Source of the DNA: a virus
Direction: 5' to 3' (one strand)
IMG/VR virus record: IMGVR_UViG_3300046454_000714
Span: 1-64,000 of that record
DNA length: 64,000 nucleotides
A model generated the notes under the pieces. That model made no database searches, was not told the DNA's origin, and saw only the letters and a program-made list of their open reading frames with translations. Shown piece after piece: positions 37,144 to 46,451 of the stretch. The translations under genes and the position numbers were made by a program. The stretch's first letter is position 1; every line of letters begins with the position of its first letter.

Positions 37144-37335
37144 TCAGCCAGCGACAGAGCCCCAGCCTTCCTCGGCCGGGGCTTTCGTCGTATCGGGTAC
37201 GGCGCGCGCCATCCACCGTCCGTCGGTGAGGCATTTCGGCGGCATGTGGGGTGCGAGGCCCAGCGACAGCAGCAGCTGGTAGCCCTCGGCGGTCTCCGCC
37301 TCGTCGTCGCCCTGCACGGTGAAACGTAAGGCCAT
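37144..37335 (-). CDS. small hypothetical protein
   Basis: Open frame, RW.ARA motif. Confidence 0.5.
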   Translation of the reverse strand: MALRFTVQGDDEAETAEGYQLLLSLGLAPHMPPKCLTDGRWMARAVPDTTKAPAEEGWGSVAG

Positions 37336-37388
37336 GACGGCAGTGTGGCGCGGGCGGTGGGGGAGCGGGGCGGGAATCGGGAAGCGGG

Positions 37389-37664
37389 CTACTCGGCTGG
37401 CGGGTCGGCCCGTTTGCCCGTGGTGCGCCCCTTGGCGATCTGGTGGGCGCGGACGCGGTGGACTCCCAGCTCCTTGCCGATCTGGTCGTAGCTGAGCCCG
37501 GTCTCGTGCATCTCCTGAACGGCGCCCTGCCGGATCTCCTGGAGCCAGTGCTGTAGCTCAGGGATCGCTTGGAGCGCAGCCCCGACGCTCTTGGCGCGCT
37601 CGGTCGGATCTCCCTGCTCGGCAAGGTGCTTGAGGTTCTCGAAGGGGCTCGGCGGCGTCGTCAT
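37389..37664 (-). CDS. HTH regulator (probably leaderless)
   Basis: GLSYDQIGKELGVHRVRAHQIAKG; TACAAT box just upstream of ATG. Confidence 0.8.
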   Translation of the reverse strand: MTTPPSPFENLKHLAEQGDPTERAKSVGAALQAIPELQHWLQEIRQGAVQEMHETGLSYDQIGKELGVHRVRAHQIAKGRTTGKRADPPAE

Positions 37665-37670
37665 GGATCG

Positions 37671-37714
37671 ATTGTAAGGGGTGGCTTGACGATTGCAAGG
37701 GGACCCCTTACGAT
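37671..37714. promoter_or_regulatory. overlapping divergent sigma70-type promoters with operator repeats
   Basis: + strand TTGACG-17-TACGAT (37686-37714); - strand TTGCAA-16-TACAAT (37698-37671); repeated AAGGGG..C(C/T)T. Confidence 0.75.
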
Positions 37715-37750
37715 TGAGGCATCGCCAAGGGAACCAGCAGGGGAGACGGC

Positions 37751-38071
37751 ATGAAGACCAAGGCCCGCATCGACTGGACGAATGTCGTCAACTTCGACAA
37801 CTACGGCAGCTTCTGGGGATACGACACCGTCGAAGACGCCGAGATCGGCATCGAGCAGGCCCAGATCATCGGTCAAGACATCGACGAGTGGCATGCCACC
37901 GACCGCAGCGGACTCCTCATGCGGATCGTCCGGATCGCCGACCCCGAGTTCCTCGACACCATCGCCATCTTCCCCGCCGAGTGCACCGACTGCGGCGCCC
38001 CCGTCACGTCGGTCAAGTGGGTCACCGACGAGCACCACGCCAAGTGCCCCCGGCGGGACCCGAACTTCTGA
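37751..38071 (+). CDS. hypothetical protein
   Basis: GGGGAG RBS; C-terminal CxxC..H..C. Confidence 0.7.
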   Translation: MKTKARIDWTNVVNFDNYGSFWGYDTVEDAEIGIEQAQIIGQDIDEWHATDRSGLLMRIVRIADPEFLDTIAIFPAECTDCGAPVTSVKWVTDEHHAKCPRRDPNF

Positions 38072-38135
38072 CCCGCCCCGCCCGGCCTTTCGAGGCCGGG
38101 CCCCACCACCGAACCGCCGCGCTCAAGGAGTTCCG

Positions 38136-38546
38136 TTGACTGTCGCCGACCTGAAGTCGTTTCCCGAGTCCAGCGTCCCCGCCGCCTTCGATCGCGGTCA
38201 CCTGCACAGCCCGGACATGGGCTACATGCAGTACGCCCTGAAAGGGCGCTACGACTACCGGCCCGGCAACGATTTCGAGCCCATGGCGGAGGCCCCGCGC
38301 GGCGACGCTAAGGCGTGGGCCTGGTGGTGGCGCAACACCGCGCGGATCGACGTACCCGACTACCTCGGGCTGCACGTCGGCGACGAGATCACCATCCGCC
38401 ACGTGATTTCCACGGGCCCTGGTGTCGTGATCGAGACCCACCGATGCGGCGCCGTAGTCCGCTACCCGATGCCCAAGGGCGCCAACAAGCCGCACGACGA
38501 GATGTACGTCCGCCGCCGCAACTGCTCCGGCCACTGGTACCCGTAG
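38136..38546 (+). CDS. hypothetical protein
   Basis: AAGGAG RBS, TTG start. Confidence 0.65.
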   Translation: MTVADLKSFPESSVPAAFDRGHLHSPDMGYMQYALKGRYDYRPGNDFEPMAEAPRGDAKAWAWWWRNTARIDVPDYLGLHVGDEITIRHVISTGPGVVIETHRCGAVVRYPMPKGANKPHDEMYVRRRNCSGHWYP

Positions 38547-38555
38547 GAGGTTGCC

Positions 38556-38831
38556 GTGATCGCCCGCCCGCCGTACACCATCCCGGTCCCGGATGCGGTC
38601 GCCGACCTCGCCGCCCGGCAACTCCCCGGCCGGGTGCTCGAAGCCGTCGACGAGGCCGGACTGTGCGGGCGACTGCTCACCGGACGGACGCTGGCCGCCT
38701 GCCCGGCTGTGGTCCGCGCCGAACCCGCGATACGGCTGCACGCCCGACTCGCGTGGGCCAACAAACGACTCGCCGCCCACAACCCGGGGCTCGTACACGG
38801 CTGGGGCGACCTGCCCGGCCTCAACCGATAG
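38556..38831 (+). CDS. hypothetical protein
   Basis: AGGAGG RBS. Confidence 0.6.
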   Translation: MIARPPYTIPVPDAVADLAARQLPGRVLEAVDEAGLCGRLLTGRTLAACPAVVRAEPAIRLHARLAWANKRLAAHNPGLVHGWGDLPGLNR

Positions 38832-38840
38832 GAACGCCTG

Positions 38841-39383
38841 ATGGCCGACGAGAAGACGCCCAAGCAGCTCAAAGCAGAACAACTCCAGCAGCAAGCCGAC
38901 CGACTCTCAGCCGAAGCGCAACAGCGGAGTGAGCGCGCGCACGGCATGTACGGCCGGTTCGCTGGTGGCCAGCCGCTCCTCTCTGGCCATCACTCGTACC
39001 GCAGCGCCCGCCGCGCCAAGGATCGCGCTGACGCCGCCTCCGACCGTGCCATCGACGCTTACAAGGCGGCCGAGAGCGCCCAAGCGAAGGCGAAGTGGGC
39101 GAAGGCGGACGCCGACGCGCGAGCCGAGATAACCGACACCGTCGCCACCCGGTCCCGGCCTTGGGAGCCCACCGACTTCCAGGTCGGCGACATCGTCACC
39201 GTCCGCGTCTTCGAGACGAGCACCAGCACCTACCGCGTCAAGCGGGTCAACAAGAAGACGCTCACCCTCGATGGCGGCGGAGGCGGATGGGACGACCCCA
39301 AGCGCGAATACGACCGCGTACTCTCCCGCACCCGCGACGGTGCCACCATCACCAACCCTGCCGAAACGGAGGACGTTCAGTGA
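38841..39383 (+). CDS. DUF3560-like protein
   Basis: GQPLL.GHHS...ARR; V.RVNKKT. Confidence 0.75.
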   Translation: MADEKTPKQLKAEQLQQQADRLSAEAQQRSERAHGMYGRFAGGQPLLSGHHSYRSARRAKDRADAASDRAIDAYKAAESAQAKAKWAKADADARAEITDTVATRSRPWEPTDFQVGDIVTVRVFETSTSTYRVKRVNKKTLTLDGGGGGWDDPKREYDRVLSRTRDGATITNPAETEDVQ

Positions 39384-39796
39384 TCCGCGAAGACCGATTC
39401 CTGATCAGCCGCAAGCCGTTCGCTATCGACCTGTCCACCGTCACCGGCAGCCAGCACCCACGCGGTGATCTCTACGCCTTCAGCGGCACCGCGAACGCCG
39501 TCTGGTTCCGGCGGCAGGGCGGCGTCACAAAGGCCTGCCTCGGCTTGCTGAAGTTGTGGAGCCACTACCTGCCGGCCCCGCTCAACCTCGACGACCCGCA
39601 CGCGGTCCTGTCCGCCGACCTCGACGGCCGCTACGGCGGTGACTGCCACGGCCGGTGGGACGGCGAACGGTACTGGGGCGCGCAAGAACCCTTCGTGCAG
39701 TCGCTCCACCTGACCCTGCTCGAACCGATGCTCGCCAACTATCCGGCAATCCCCGACGGCCACGACGGCTGGTGGACGTTCCAGGAACCCCGGTGA
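39380..39796 (+). CDS. hypothetical protein
   Basis: GGAGG RBS, coupling. Confidence 0.65.
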   Translation: MIREDRFLISRKPFAIDLSTVTGSQHPRGDLYAFSGTANAVWFRRQGGVTKACLGLLKLWSHYLPAPLNLDDPHAVLSADLDGRYGGDCHGRWDGERYWGAQEPFVQSLHLTLLEPMLANYPAIPDGHDGWWTFQEPR

Positions 39797-40197
39797 CCGC
39801 CCCGACCGAGCCTGCCCCGGCGCCCATACCGGAGCCGCCCGCTTCGACCGCTGGTGGGGCGACCGCGACATCAACCGAGACGAGAACTGACGTGCAGACC
39901 ATCCGCGACATCCAGGCCGCAGCCTGGGAAAACAAGCTCGCGAAAGGCTTCAACATCAGCGACGTGGCCTTGGAGTTCGGCCTCCTAACCGCCGAAATCG
40001 GCGAAGCCTTCACCGCCTGGCGCAAAGACCTCCCCGACTACGGGGAAGAACTCGCCGACATCTTCCTCTACCTCGTCGCCGTAGCGGAAATGACCGGCAT
40101 CGACCTCGCCGACGCCGTCACGCACAAGATGGCGATCAACGCCGCCCGCACCTACCGGGCCAACCACAACGGTGTACCCATCCGAGACGAGGACTGA
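39793..40197 (+). CDS. MazG-like nucleotide pyrophosphohydrolase (start may be 39892)
   Basis: LLTAEIGEAF...GEELADIFLYL...K..IN..R.Y. Confidence 0.8.
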   Translation: MTAPTEPAPAPIPEPPASTAGGATATSTETRTDVQTIRDIQAAAWENKLAKGFNISDVALEFGLLTAEIGEAFTAWRKDLPDYGEELADIFLYLVAVAEMTGIDLADAVTHKMAINAARTYRANHNGVPIRDED

Positions 40198-40199
40198 GC

Positions 40200-40412
40200 A
40201 TGCCGATCCCCGAACACGATCTCTACGCCCCGTGTCCCCACGAGAAGCCGCGCACCGAGTGCAGGGAGCAGAGCTGCCGCGACTACCTGCGCGCCGTCGA
40301 GGCCGAGGAATACGTGCGCGCCGACAACTCGGCCGAGGCGTGGGAAGAGGACTGGGACAGCTCGCCGCAACTCGGCGGCATGGGCGAAGAACTGCGACAG
40401 GGGGACCAATGA
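40200..40412 (+). CDS. hypothetical protein
   Basis: GAGGA RBS, coupling. Confidence 0.55.
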   Translation: MPIPEHDLYAPCPHEKPRTECREQSCRDYLRAVEAEEYVRADNSAEAWEEDWDSSPQLGGMGEELRQGDQ

Positions 40413-40651
40413 CCGCCGACCCGTTCAACATCCCGACGGGCCCGATCAACTTCGAGCCCCTCGACTACCGGCCGTCCGCCGAGCAAGAGGCCATCCTCCG
40501 CAGCATCCTCGCCGCTGCCGAAGTCGAGCTGGGCGCCTACGACGAACGGATCCTGCGATGGCTCGCGCAGTTCGCGGACTGGGGGACGTTCGCCGTCATC
40601 GCATCGTGGATCGCGCGGGCGGCAGACCCGACCACGAAGGAGACCTCATGA
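40409..40651 (+). CDS. hypothetical protein
   Basis: Coupled; LGAYDERIL.WL motif. Confidence 0.65.
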   Translation: MTADPFNIPTGPINFEPLDYRPSAEQEAILRSILAAAEVELGAYDERILRWLAQFADWGTFAVIASWIARAADPTTKETS

Positions 40652-41142
40652 CCGCCGCCTGGCCGTTCGGCGACGACGCCGACGAACACGACCCGCTGAC
40701 CAAGCTCCGCATCCCCGTCACCGGCGCCCACCCGATGTGGCGGTACATCGCCACCTTCGACCGCGACTCGGAGGCGCGGCCCACCGACCTCGAAGCGCAG
40801 CAACTCGCCTCCTACATCGAGCAGTACAAGGTCTACTTCTTCGGTGCCGACGGCTGGTACAAGCGCAAGCTGGAAGAGAAGCCGTTGGACGTCGACGCGG
40901 TCACGAGGATCTTCCACAAGTGGGGCGACGGCGACTGGTCCTACCGGATCGACACCTGGCAGTACGGGGCGTTCTGGATTCCGGTCGCGCCACGTCTGCG
41001 GCTCGGCCAGCACGACGACGCCAAGGTCGGACCGCTCACCCTCGTCCAGGTCATGGACCGCGACAAGCGCATGCACACCGAATACCCCAGCAAGGACTGG
41101 GCGGAATGGAAGGCCGCACACCCGGAGGTGTTCCCGACATGA
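40648..41142 (+). CDS. hypothetical protein
   Basis: AAGGAG RBS, coupling. Confidence 0.7.
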   Translation: MTAAWPFGDDADEHDPLTKLRIPVTGAHPMWRYIATFDRDSEARPTDLEAQQLASYIEQYKVYFFGADGWYKRKLEEKPLDVDAVTRIFHKWGDGDWSYRIDTWQYGAFWIPVAPRLRLGQHDDAKVGPLTLVQVMDRDKRMHTEYPSKDWAEWKAAHPEVFPT

Positions 41143-41369
41143 GCAAGATGCTGCCGATCGGCGCGAGGGTCCGCGTCACCCCGATCACCATCACCCACCT
41201 CGACGGAACCTCCAGCACCGACGAGCCGTACAACGCCGTCATCGTCGGCTACGACATGGGCCGCACCAAGTACCGCCTCGACAGGGAAATCTGGGACGGC
41301 CTCTACGCCACCGGCGGCCACACCTGGGCATTCCGAAAGGAAGTCGCTGCAGCGGGAGACGCCCCGTGA
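41139..41369 (+). CDS. hypothetical protein
   Basis: GGAGG RBS, coupling. Confidence 0.65.
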   Translation: MSKMLPIGARVRVTPITITHLDGTSSTDEPYNAVIVGYDMGRTKYRLDREIWDGLYATGGHTWAFRKEVAAAGDAP

Positions 41370-41445
41370 ACCGCCCCCCGTCCGCGAAAGCCGCCGTTGC
41401 CGGGCTGCTCGCCTGGGAACAGCGGGCGACGAGGAAGCCGCGCAC

Positions 41446-41637
41446 ATGACCCTGATCCACACCCACGCCGACGACCTGCGCCTTGGCGATGTCATCGTCC
41501 ACGCTGACGGCGAAACCACCGTCCGCGAACTCGACCGCAGCGCCCCACCCGCCATCGTCGTCAACCCCGGCAGCAGCGACCAGATGAGCGGCTACCTGTG
41601 GGAACGCGTGCAAGTCCGGCGCGAGGAGCAGCCGTGA
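41446..41637 (+). CDS. hypothetical protein
   Basis: GAGGA RBS; ADDLRLGDVI. Confidence 0.6.
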   Translation: MTLIHTHADDLRLGDVIVHADGETTVRELDRSAPPAIVVNPGSSDQMSGYLWERVQVRREEQP

Positions 41638-41855
41638 CTGCCCCCGCCCCGACGCTCGCCGACGAATACCCGATCCCGGGCGTCCGGTTCGAGAACGGCC
41701 GCACCGAACACCACGTCCGCCGGCCCGAGGAGCAGCGGTGGTGGGACCTGCTGCACGCCGCCTGCGGGAAGAGCGGATACCGGGCGACCGGGTACGTCGT
41801 CGGGGCGGTCCGGGACTGCCGGGGATGCGCGCTGGCTGTGGAGTGCGGCACCTGA
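41634..41855 (+). CDS. hypothetical protein
   Basis: GAGGAG RBS, coupling. Confidence 0.55.
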   Translation: MTAPAPTLADEYPIPGVRFENGRTEHHVRRPEEQRWWDLLHAACGKSGYRATGYVVGAVRDCRGCALAVECGT

Positions 41856-41946
41856 CTGCGCCAATGGCCCACCGTGTCAACGGCGTGCAGCATCATTGGC
41901 TCAGTAGTGCCCCCGTTCCCCGCACCACCGCCGGAGGAGCTGCACC

Positions 41947-42654
41947 ATGCACGACCACACCCCCGACGACGACGGCTACATCTGGCCGACATGCGTCACC
42001 CCTCGCTGCGGCCGACAGTTGTGGGCCGACGAGCTTGACCGGTGGGCGTGCCGGCCCTGCGGCGACATCACCTTGACCCGCATCGCTGAACTCCCCGCCC
42101 TGTTCCGGCAGCTCGACACGACGGCCGCCCTGATGCGCGGCGCCCGACGCCCGGGCGGTGGCGGCTCGGGCTCGAAGACGCCGCCGATCCCGCCCCGGCT
42201 CGAAGTCCTCTCCCTGGTCGGCCCTGGCGGTGTGGCGGCCCGCCTGTCGGCGATCGAGGACGCCTGGCGGAAGGTGCTCGACTGGACGGTCTCACCGTGG
42301 CGCGGCTCCCCGGCGCAGGCCGTGCCGCAGCTCGCCAAGTTCGTGGGCGACAACCTGTTGTGGGCGTGCGGTAGTTACGAGGAGGTCGGGCAGGACATCG
42401 ACGACCTGCGCAGGCTGCACGGCGAGATGAAGGCCATCGTCGACGACGAGCGGCGGCCCGGGCGGGTGCAGATCGGCAACTGCCCTGTGCGCCTCGACGA
42501 CGGGCCGTGCTGGACGCCGCTCACCGCCCGCGCCGACAGTCACCGCGTCCACTGCCCGGGCTGCAAGACGAAGTGGGAGACGATCGGGGAGTGGCGGGAA
42601 CTGCGGGCCGCGCAAGAAGCCGTGCTCGCCGAAGCGGCAGGAGTCGCGGCGTGA
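41947..42654 (+). CDS. Zn-binding phage protein (possible late regulator)
   Basis: GGAGGAG RBS; N- and C-terminal Cys pairs (C...C, C..C, CP...C, CPGC..W). Confidence 0.7.
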   Translation: MHDHTPDDDGYIWPTCVTPRCGRQLWADELDRWACRPCGDITLTRIAELPALFRQLDTTAALMRGARRPGGGGSGSKTPPIPPRLEVLSLVGPGGVAARLSAIEDAWRKVLDWTVSPWRGSPAQAVPQLAKFVGDNLLWACGSYEEVGQDIDDLRRLHGEMKAIVDDERRPGRVQIGNCPVRLDDGPCWTPLTARADSHRVHCPGCKTKWETIGEWRELRAAQEAVLAEAAGVAA

Positions 42655-42884
42655 CGGATCGCAATGAGGCTCGGCAGCGACTGATCGAGACTCTCAACGA
42701 AGAGCACAACCCCTCCTACTTCGGCGACGATTCACGCGATGCCGAGCGGCTCGTCAACGACTTCGCCCACGAACTCGCCGAGCAGATCCGCAACGCACCC
42801 GAGCCCTCCCAGGCATGGGACGACCACTACTTCAAGGGCGAGGAAAACGCAGCGAATCTGATCGACCCAGAGGTGCAGCCATGA
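42651..42884 (+). CDS. hypothetical protein
   Basis: AGGAG RBS, coupling. Confidence 0.65.
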   Translation: MTDRNEARQRLIETLNEEHNPSYFGDDSRDAERLVNDFAHELAEQIRNAPEPSQAWDDHYFKGEENAANLIDPEVQP

Positions 42885-43078
42885 GTGAGCGATCCGAGAA
42901 CTTCATCTGGACCAGCGGCATCCTGGCCCTCGGCCTCGCTGGCTTGGGCACCGGGGCGTGGGTGACTACAGTCGGAGGCAGGTACATCGCCCCGGGCGCA
43001 CTGGCCGTACTCTGTGGAATCTTCCTGGTCTTCATGGCCTTCGCGGGGCGGCGACACGAAGACGGTGTTGGATCGTGA
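42881..43078 (+). CDS. small 2-TM membrane protein
   Basis: GAGGTG RBS, hydrophobic. Confidence 0.6.
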   Translation: MSERSENFIWTSGILALGLAGLGTGAWVTTVGGRYIAPGALAVLCGIFLVFMAFAGRRHEDGVGS

Positions 43079-43302
43079 GCGACGACTTCGTAGCCCGCTA
43101 CTACCAGTACCACCGGCTCCACGAAATGCCCTGCGAGGACATCGAGGACGCGATCGGCTTCCTCGCCGCAGGAGTCGACAATGGGAAATGCGTTCCGGAG
43201 GACGTCACCCAGCCAGACGGGACCGTGGTCCTGGACCATGCGCAGACCCTCAGGCGCATCGAGGCGATGCTCGAAGAGTGGCATCAGGAGTCGACCGCAT
43301 GA
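43075..43302 (+). CDS. hypothetical protein
   Basis: Coupled at both ends. Confidence 0.6.
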   Translation: MSDDFVARYYQYHRLHEMPCEDIEDAIGFLAAGVDNGKCVPEDVTQPDGTVVLDHAQTLRRIEAMLEEWHQESTA

Positions 43303-43682
43303 GCCAGATAGCCGATTTCCTCCGCGCCCGCTACGCCGAGGATGCGACTGCGGTCCGGGCGAACTGGAACGGCAAGGGCATCACCTCCGAGCGATACCAC
43401 GGCACACCCATCGACCCGGTACGCCTCCTCGACGACATCGAGGCCAAGGTCGCGCTCGTCGACGACCTGCTTGCCGAGCGGCATGAAGTCGTGGACGGCG
43501 ACTGCTGGTACACATGCGCCGCCGCAACCGAGGAACGGGACGGCGGGACAACCTGCGACGACGATCGGCTCGGCAAGCCCTGCGACTGCGGACGCGACGA
43601 CCGCGTCAACCGACGACTCGCCATCTTGGCCCGGCAGTTCGCCGGGCACCCGGATCACAAGGGGGAGGAGTGGGCGCCGTGA
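43299..43682 (+). CDS. DUF6221-like protein
   Basis: IADFLRAR..ED...DP.RLL.DIEAK...LA..F..HPD....W.P. Confidence 0.7.
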   Translation: MSQIADFLRARYAEDATAVRANWNGKGITSERYHGTPIDPVRLLDDIEAKVALVDDLLAERHEVVDGDCWYTCAAATEERDGGTTCDDDRLGKPCDCGRDDRVNRRLAILARQFAGHPDHKGEEWAP

Positions 43683-43954
43683 CAGCCCCGCCGTGGGGTC
43701 ATAAGCCGCCGCCCGTCGACGACGTCACCACCTACTGGAACAGCGCGCCGCCCAGCATGTCACCACGCTGCGGCTACTGGCTCACACGCCACCACGACGG
43801 CACCTGGCGGGCCAACCGGTGGATCCGGTGCGAGGGATATCACGCGGCAGCCGAACGGCTCGGGGTGTGGATCTGGGAGTACCTGCATGTGCTCCGGCCG
43901 CTCTTCGGCGAGGGCGATGCGGCGTCACTGACCTGCGCAAAGGCCCGCGAATAG
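43679..43954 (+). CDS. hypothetical protein
   Basis: GAGGAG RBS, coupling. Confidence 0.5.
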   Translation: MTAPPWGHKPPPVDDVTTYWNSAPPSMSPRCGYWLTRHHDGTWRANRWIRCEGYHAAAERLGVWIWEYLHVLRPLFGEGDAASLTCAKARE

Positions 43955-44043
43955 ATCCAAAAGCCGGTAGAATTGGGGCAGTTGAGACCCCGGCGACCGT
44001 GCGACCGGTCCCGGGGCGTGGCCGACCTTCAGAGGAGATCGAC

Positions 44044-44865
44044 ATGGGTCAGGGTAACGCCTTCACCCCGCAATCAATCAAAGATCAACACGCAGGGATT
44101 CGCCGCAGCGTCGCCCCGCTGCTAGCGATGATCGACACAGAAGACCCAGCCTTCAAGCACATCGCTGCGGCGCTGGAATCCATGAAGACGGCAGGTGTCG
44201 AACTCGACGAGGCGGCCATCTCGATCGCCGTGAAGCTCGGCAAGCAGAAGTACACCGAGGCGCAGCCGGAGGCGTGGAAGAAGCGGCACAACGAGCCGGA
44301 GCGCAAGTCCATCGTCTACTACATCCGGCGAGGCGACCTCATAAAGATCGGCACAACAGTCGACCCGTTCCGCCGCTTCAGCGGTCTGCGCCCCGACGAA
44401 ATCCTCGCCTTCGAGCCAGGAGGGCCAGAGCTGGAAGCATCGCGGCATCGCCAGTTCAGCGCATGCCGAGTCACCAAGAGGGGCGAGTACTTCCGCCCGA
44501 GCGCTGCCCTGAAAGGCCACATCGAGAGCCTGCGCGAACAGCACGGACCGCCGGACCCTGCGTGGCCCACCGTCGCAACCCTCGGCTCGGGAAGCATTCG
44601 CAAGAAGCAGCCAGTTGAGCTTCCGGAACCCACGACAGGCGAGATGGCCACCGCCCCCCAAGCGGCCAAGCTGCTCAACATGAGCGTCAGCACCATCCAC
44701 GGCTGGGCACATCGAGGCGTCATCAAGGCCGCCGGTAAGGACGTTCACGGCCGCCCCAAGTACTTCGTCGAGCAGATGAGGTTCCTGATCGACAAGAACC
44801 GATCCTGGATGAACCACCGACCCCGCCGGGCGGCCGGTGACCAGGAAGTTCAGTCAGTGGCTTGA
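44044..44865 (+). CDS. T5orf172/MUG113-type GIY-YIG domain plus C-terminal MerR-like HTH
   Basis: VYYI..GDLIKIG.T...RR, E...HRQF...R...GEYF; TAPQAAKLLNMS.STI.GW. Confidence 0.8.
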   Translation: MGQGNAFTPQSIKDQHAGIRRSVAPLLAMIDTEDPAFKHIAAALESMKTAGVELDEAAISIAVKLGKQKYTEAQPEAWKKRHNEPERKSIVYYIRRGDLIKIGTTVDPFRRFSGLRPDEILAFEPGGPELEASRHRQFSACRVTKRGEYFRPSAALKGHIESLREQHGPPDPAWPTVATLGSGSIRKKQPVELPEPTTGEMATAPQAAKLLNMSVSTIHGWAHRGVIKAAGKDVHGRPKYFVEQMRFLIDKNRSWMNHRPRRAAGDQEVQSVA

Positions 44866-44923
44866 CAAGCCGGACTGTAAGTCCAATTCTTGATCGTGGA
44901 ACACGAGTCACATCACGCTTCTG

Positions 44924-44953
44924 GAGCCCCCGCCGAATCAATGGCGGGGGCTC
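44924..44953 (+). terminator. hairpin downstream of a TTGACA box (possible late promoter-terminator)
   Basis: GAGCCCCCGCC-N8-GGCGGGGGCTC; TTGACA at 44862. Confidence 0.5.
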
Positions 44954-44975
44954 TCGCGTTGCCTGGGGAGGTGAC

Positions 44976-45257
44976 GTGGTCGCCTACCCGAACCCTGACC
45001 GGCTTGAGATTCACTTCGCTCAGCTCACAGGCAGCCGCGAACTCGGAGACCTCTGGGAAGCGGCCCGCGTCGCCGAGGTGAAGCCGGGAACGATTCGCGT
45101 CTGGGTCACGCGCGGAAAGATCGCGCCAGTCCTCGACGGTGAGGCAGGACAGTACTTCCACCTCCCCACCGTGCGACAGGCAGCAGAAGGCGGAGCCAAG
45201 CACCGGCCCGCCGACCCCGCAGCCAACAGTCGCGGCCCCCACGCCCACGCCGCCTGA
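44976..45257 (+). CDS. MerR-like HTH DNA-binding protein
   Basis: EAARVAEVKPGTIRVWVTRGKI; GGAGG RBS. Confidence 0.75.
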   Translation: MVAYPNPDRLEIHFAQLTGSRELGDLWEAARVAEVKPGTIRVWVTRGKIAPVLDGEAGQYFHLPTVRQAAEGGAKHRPADPAANSRGPHAHAA

Positions 45258-45477
45258 CGGCCCCCAACTCCTGCGCGGCGGTGCGCAGGCCGGGCCTTGA
45301 AGCGCTCAGCGCTCGGCCCACACGTCCGCCCCGGCCCTCAGCGGGAAGCCGGGGCGGACGAAGACCACAGACCGGGGCTGGCCGCTCACTCCGAGCCCCG
45401 AACGTCCCGCCGTCCACCCCTACGCCGGGCGGCGGGACTTGACCACCACCACCAACACCACAACTGCAGGAGTCGGA

Positions 45478-45699
45478 ATGACCATCCAGACCAACACATA
45501 CGAAGCCCGCATCGACGAGCCCGGTAATGGCGTCAAGACCAAGAAGGTCGACGCCGCGTACTTCGCCCTCGAAGACCGGCTCATCGAGTTCAAGGACACC
45601 GACCACAAGACCGTGTACGCCGTCCGCTGGGACCTCTTGCTCTCCGTCGAACGTGTAGAACTCACAGGCGGCCCGGTTCTGGCCGACTCCACGAACTAG
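45478..45699 (+). CDS. hypothetical protein
   Basis: AGGAG RBS, codon bias. Confidence 0.65.
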   Translation: MTIQTNTYEARIDEPGNGVKTKKVDAAYFALEDRLIEFKDTDHKTVYAVRWDLLLSVERVELTGGPVLADSTN

Positions 45700-46014
45700 G
45701 CGCGGGGCGCCCGTCGCTCGGAACCCATGCTCCGGGCGACGGGCCCCACCAGCCCTGAGGGACGCCATGCGCCGGACTGTCATCACCGCCCTGTTCGTCC
45801 TCGCCTGGATGGTCGGCCCCGTCGTCCACATCGCCGACGGGCCCGTCGCGCCCCGGCCGGTACTCGACGCGCCACACGGCGCCCGCCCGTAAGGAGACCG
45901 CCGTGGCCGACGAACACGTCCTCACCGTCACCGTCGAAGCATCCGGCGAAGTCACCCCCGCACCCCAGAAGCCCGACGCCGTCGAGCCCACCACGGAAGA
46001 CGAGGAACTGACCG

Positions 46015-46413
46015 ATGGCTGAAGGACTCTCCACCACCCTGGTCTCCAACTGGCTCAACACCCTGCGCGCCGCAGGTGCGGCCTTCGGCCCGGTCGCCGC
46101 CGAGTACGCACAGCTCCACACCGCCAACCCGGGGGCGGCCGGCACGACGGCGATCAGCGCTGGCTCCGCGACCCGCGTCATCTTCACGCACGCCGCGTCG
46201 TCCGCCGGCTCCGCGCTCGCGCTCACCGGCACCAACCCGGCGTGGACCAACGGCGGGACGAGCGAGACCCTCACGGACATCTCCGTGTGGACCGCGGTGA
46301 CCGGCGGAACGTTCCTGTACTCGGTGGCGCTCACCGCGAGTAAAGCTTGGGCGTCTGCGGACACCTTCACTTTGCAATCTTTGGGCGTCAGCCTCGCCGC
46401 TCAAGCTTCATGA
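46015..46413 (+). CDS. putative virion structural protein
   Basis: YAQLHTANPG..GT, ISVWTA.TGGTFL motifs typical of small tail/fibre proteins. Confidence 0.7.
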   Translation: MAEGLSTTLVSNWLNTLRAAGAAFGPVAAEYAQLHTANPGAAGTTAISAGSATRVIFTHAASSAGSALALTGTNPAWTNGGTSETLTDISVWTAVTGGTFLYSVALTASKAWASADTFTLQSLGVSLAAQAS

Positions 46414-46451
46414 TCCTTAAGGTGGCATAGCGGCGGATCGGAGACGTCGCC

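Noticed and set aside
45261-45440. tRNA gene in the structured intergenic region
   Set aside because: No T-loop GTTCRA, D-loop or cloverleaf spacing
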